Shown piece by piece: positions 60,338 to 64,000 of a stretch of DNA of 64,000 nt (position 1 is the stretch's first letter; each line of letters starts with the position of its first letter). The DNA comes from Heteronotia binoei (lineage: Eukaryota), in NCBI RefSeq assembly GCF_032191835.1, contig NC_083227.1:40858001-40922000 (forward strand), given 5' to 3'. The translations under genes and the position numbers were made by a program. Below the pieces are notes generated by a model. It worked only from the letters and a program-made list of their open reading frames with translations, was not told the DNA's origin and ran no database searches.

Positions 60338-61147
60338 TAAGGATGGACATGAACTGGCTTATGAACTAAAGTTTGTGACAAATTTGGGGCAGTTCATGGT
60401 TTGGGAACTGAAGTTTGTGGCAGGTCAACCAGCATGTACTTTCCATGAACTTTCAAGCAGTTTATGGTAGTTTGGGGTGGTTCATGAATGGATACATTCC
60501 AAGACAGACTGTCTCCACTCAAACAAAATATTTAACAAACTTCAAAGCAATGGGGGGGGGGAGAATTCTTCAGCCTTGGAAACACCAATTCGGTTCCCTG
60601 CGTATTTAATGTGTGTAGTTTGCATTTTAAACCTGCATTTCCCCCAAAAGCACTTTCCTGGGGGATCTTCTGGGGGAGGGACATAACTCAGATGCCCTAA
60701 ATCCAATCTGTACATAACTTGGAGAGCATGTAGAGGAGCATCAGTGGGAAGTCCCTTGTGAATATGATGTCTCTAACTTCCACAGGGTCTGTTCTATACA
60801 CTTCAGAGTCTCCTGAACCTGCACTTGTCAAAATGACCACCTGTCATTTCCACAGAAAGCACTTTCCTGGGGGGCACCTTCTTAGGGGGAGGGTGTAACT
60901 TGGACCCTGTAAATCTGGTCCTCACCAAACTTGGAGGGCAGGTGGAGGAGAGTCAGCTAGAGATCCCCTCTGAATTTAGTGTCTCTAGCATGCTGGAGTG
61001 GGGGCGGGTGTTATACCATGTCACAAACTTCACGAACTGAAACACTTCATTTGGCAGCTAAAAGTTCATGACAGTTCATGGTTCACAAACTGGGCACACC
61101 ATGAACCACAAACTGAACCACATTTTCATGGTTTCTACTCATTCCTA
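60338..61147. mobile_element. hAT-type non-autonomous element
   Basis: Ends TAAGGATGGACATGAAC / CTACTCATTCCTA; TSD ATCATAAG / ATAATAAG; GTTCATG-rich subterminal repeats. Confidence 0.75.
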
Positions 61148-61961
61148 ATAATAAGCTATTAACAAATTTAAGGTTATGATGCTCTACTACCATTTGGGCA
61201 ACACAACCCTGGCTTTGAACCCATGGGTTCTACTGGGCTTGTTTTTCCTCGCCAATATCTGTGTTCAGTGATGTCATGCCTAATCCACCTCCAAAAGTCC
61301 AAAAATTACATGGCCGTTACTGCTGAGGGTGCCCACTACTTTTTTTTACATGCCCTGAGATTTTTGTTTCTGTACTTATCTATGAGTTAATATTTTCTAG
61401 CATATATGTCACTCCTCACAAATCTTTAGTGTTCTTGGCGGTTACTGGCATCATACTAGGCTTTGAATTTTTGTCTCACTCCTAATGCCTAAAAGTTACA
61501 GATCTAAGAAAAATAATGTAAACTTAAGTCTATGCTGGGTTACTATACAAGACAGTTACCTCTGAAGGCCCATCTAGAGCAAATATACCACTAGATGCCC
61601 CACTGCTCCCTTGCAGAGGCATCTGGGAAAGCATTTTTGAACAGGAACCTTCCACAAACCAAGTTTAGGGAACCCTTCTGGGAGATTCCTCAAAACACTC
61701 TCCAGTTGGGTTATACTGAGCCCACATCAAATTTTACAGTATCTGTCTATCATGTCTCCCTGGCATTTGAATTCTCAGGAACTCTCCTAAAGTGCCTCAA
61801 ATGACTTTATTTCTAAGAATCCAAAACATTTGCCTGTTATGTAATGAAAATTAAACTTTGCTTCTGTTATCATAAGTTGATTTCTCTCGTAATTAGCCCT
61901 GTGACAAGCTCAGAGATTACACAAAACCAACTTCCTTTGTTTTCCGTGCCTGCCCAAAACA

Positions 61962-62915
61962 TTAATGCAATGCATATTGTGCAAAAAGTTTTCTTAGTGC
62001 TGCTGACACATCCCGGTTTCTCAGACTGTATATGAAAGGGTTCATTGTGGCAGGAACAATAGTATAAAACACGGTATTAGTCATGGACTTTTGCGCTGAA
62101 TAGGAGGATACAGGTGTCATGTATGTCAACATGGATGCTCCATAGAAAAGCCCCACCACACACAAGTGGGACAGGCAGGTACCCAAGGCCTTGTGGCTTC
62201 TCTTAGAGGAATGAGGTCCTAAGACTTGCAGGAGGATGGCTATGTAGGAAGCAAGGATGACTGAAACCGGGATGAGGAACACCAGGAAATCCCCAATGTA
62301 TATTGTTTTTTCAAATGCAGAATTGTCAGAGCAGGACAACTGAACAAGGGCTGGGTAATCGCACATGTTGTGTTTAATCACATTGGACTTGCAGTAGGGA
62401 AGAGGAAGCACATAAAGGGAACATGTCAAAGCCTGTACACAAGACCAGAACCAGACACCCACTGACATGATGTAGCATATTCTTCTCCTCATGAGGAATG
62501 GATATTGCAAAGGTCTGCAGATGGCCACATATCTGTCATATGACATGGTAGCCAAAATGAGGCATTCTGCTCCTCCCAAGGTCAGTATGATGAAAATCTG
62601 TGTGACACATGCATACAGTGAAATGTTGTATTTCTGCGTTACAAAATTTAGCATGGTTTGGGGAATAATCGAGAGAACCTGGCAGAGGTCCATGAAGGCT
62701 AACTGGCTAAGGAAAAAGTACATTGGTGTCTTCAGTCCAGAGTCCATTTTAATTAGGATAAGAAGGAGACTATTTGAAATCAAAGCAACTGGAAACATTA
62801 TGAGATTCATTCCAAGAAACATGGTGGGTGCCTTATGATACAGAAGACCAGCAAGAACAAATTCTGTCCAAGATGATGTATTCTTCTCTCCCTTTGTGAC
62901 ATTCTTTGCCAGCAT
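61962..62915 (-). CDS. Olfactory receptor, open ORF (317 aa from the likely ATG), close paralogue of 49460-50413
   Basis: 16 amino-acid differences in 317 by eye; LKTPMY, MSYDRYVAIC, KALGTCLSHL, MNPFIYSLRN. TM1 GN motif reads SN and TM1 carries a Pro. Confidence 0.9.
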   Translation of the reverse strand: MLAKNVTKGEKNTSSWTEFVLAGLLYHKAPTMFLGMNLIMFPVALISNSLLLILIKMDSGLKTPMYFFLSQLAFMDLCQVLSIIPQTMLNFVTQKYNISLYACVTQIFIILTLGGAECLILATMSYDRYVAICRPLQYPFLMRRRICYIMSVGVWFWSCVQALTCSLYVLPLPYCKSNVIKHNMCDYPALVQLSCSDNSAFEKTIYIGDFLVFLIPVSVILASYIAILLQVLGPHSSKRSHKALGTCLSHLCVVGLFYGASMLTYMTPVSSYSAQKSMTNTVFYTIVPATMNPFIYSLRNRDVSAALRKLFAQYALH

Positions 62916-63244
62916 TTCACTTAAAAACAAGATAATGGAACCAGTCATTAAACGATATGACAAAATTTGAATAAAATACAATATTAATATGATCTGTGAA
63001 AAGTAGAGTTTAAGTTTTTTAAAAAAAATCCTCACATAAATCTTTGCTGTTTATCATAATAAAGTTTCAGCCACATATATGCAGTCTGATATATCTGAAC
63101 ATGAACAGAATTGCTGGGACTCAAATCTTATCCATACATGAAGTTGCATTATACTGACCTTTGGTCCATCAAATTTAGTATCATCTACTCAAGCTGGCAG
63201 ATGGCCAGGGCTTTGGGTAGAAGTCTTTCATATCATCTCTTTCC

Positions 63245-63460
63245 ATTTTCCCTATGAAAAAAGCTTAGAACACTTGGGGCTCTTTAGCTTGGAGAAACGT
63301 CGACTGCGGGATGACATGATAGAGGTTTACAAGATTATGCATGGAATGGAGAAAGTAGAGAAAGAAGTACTTTTCTCCCTTTCTCACAATACAAGAACTC
63401 ATGGGCATTCAATGAACTTGCTGAGCAGTCAGGTTAAAACAGATAAAAGGAAGTACTTCT
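63245..63460 (+). mobile_element. CR1 ORF2 C-terminal fragment interrupted by an LTR
   Basis: GLFSLEKRRLRDDMIEVYK...KTDKRKYF, then an abrupt switch at 63461. Confidence 0.9.
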
Positions 63461-64000
63461 TGCTCCCCAACGACGGAATAAAGAGTCAGACACAGAGTAC
63501 TGGTATAAAATTGGGCCACTTTATTCAATATTCTAATAAACAGCAAGGGTACCCCACCAGCGGCCTGGCCAGGGCTAGGGGTCACCGCGACCACTCCCCT
63601 GCCATTAATGGGTGAGAGACCCAGCCCCCCAGCCGGAGCTGAGTGTTACTTAGCTTCCTCCAGGCAGGCCCAGCAGGGAGGCACACAATAGAGGGCCCAA
63701 ACCCAGACGCATGTCTCGACAGAAAGGCACCCTCTATCCGAGCCTCCCAGACAGTCTGCATTCTCCAAACCTGGATCTTCAAACCCCAAGGTTGATAATA
63801 CCAGACCCCAAATTCCCCAAAAGGGGGATGCTTCACAGTCCTCCCCTAGCCGCATAGTGCCCTAAACCCCAAAAACCTGCCACTAAAGTGACCGCCTATT
63901 TAACAGTGCCTCCCGATAGCCAAATCCTCAATCCACTGCATTGCTATGTAGGGTAGGCAAAAAATGCACCCCAGCCACTGCCAATCAGCCAAGGTGTAAA
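63461..64000 (-). mobile_element. LTR, running off the window
   Basis: Minus strand ends ...GGGGAGCA (CA terminus), with AATAAAGTGGCC about 50 bp upstream and TATA-like TTAAATA near 63898. Confidence 0.6.

Overview
Vertebrate genomic DNA from a squamate reptile, most likely a gecko (inferred from the SINE, CR1, L2 and MITE families). No prokaryotic features, CRISPR arrays, rRNA genes or tRNA genes are supported. Host genes: the 3' part of an L-amino-acid oxidase (LAAO) gene (1-558, +), then an olfactory receptor (OR) cluster with four intact single-exon ORs (16626+, 23541+, 49460-, 61962-), one OR pseudogene (46.7-47.4 kb) and an orphan OR tail (49.2-49.3 kb). About half of the window is transposon-derived: CR1, L2 and L1 LINEs, a Gypsy pol fragment, an Ngaro/DIRS-type retroelement split by a three-level insertion nest, solo LTRs, tRNA-derived SINEs, hAT, Harbinger and Tc/mariner MITEs, and a Penelope terminal repeat carrying a hammerhead ribozyme motif. 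The most notable observations are: a probably chimeric OR whose displaced original tail still sits next to it; filled and empty TE sites upstream of the two near-identical ORs; an LAAO substrate pocket unlike the snake-venom type; and possible conserved LAAO-OR synteny. I found no convincing wholly new biological system. Family assignments and identity figures are by-eye, without database searches. Two sized N gaps suggest a scaffolded assembly, so some frameshifts and junctions could be artefacts.
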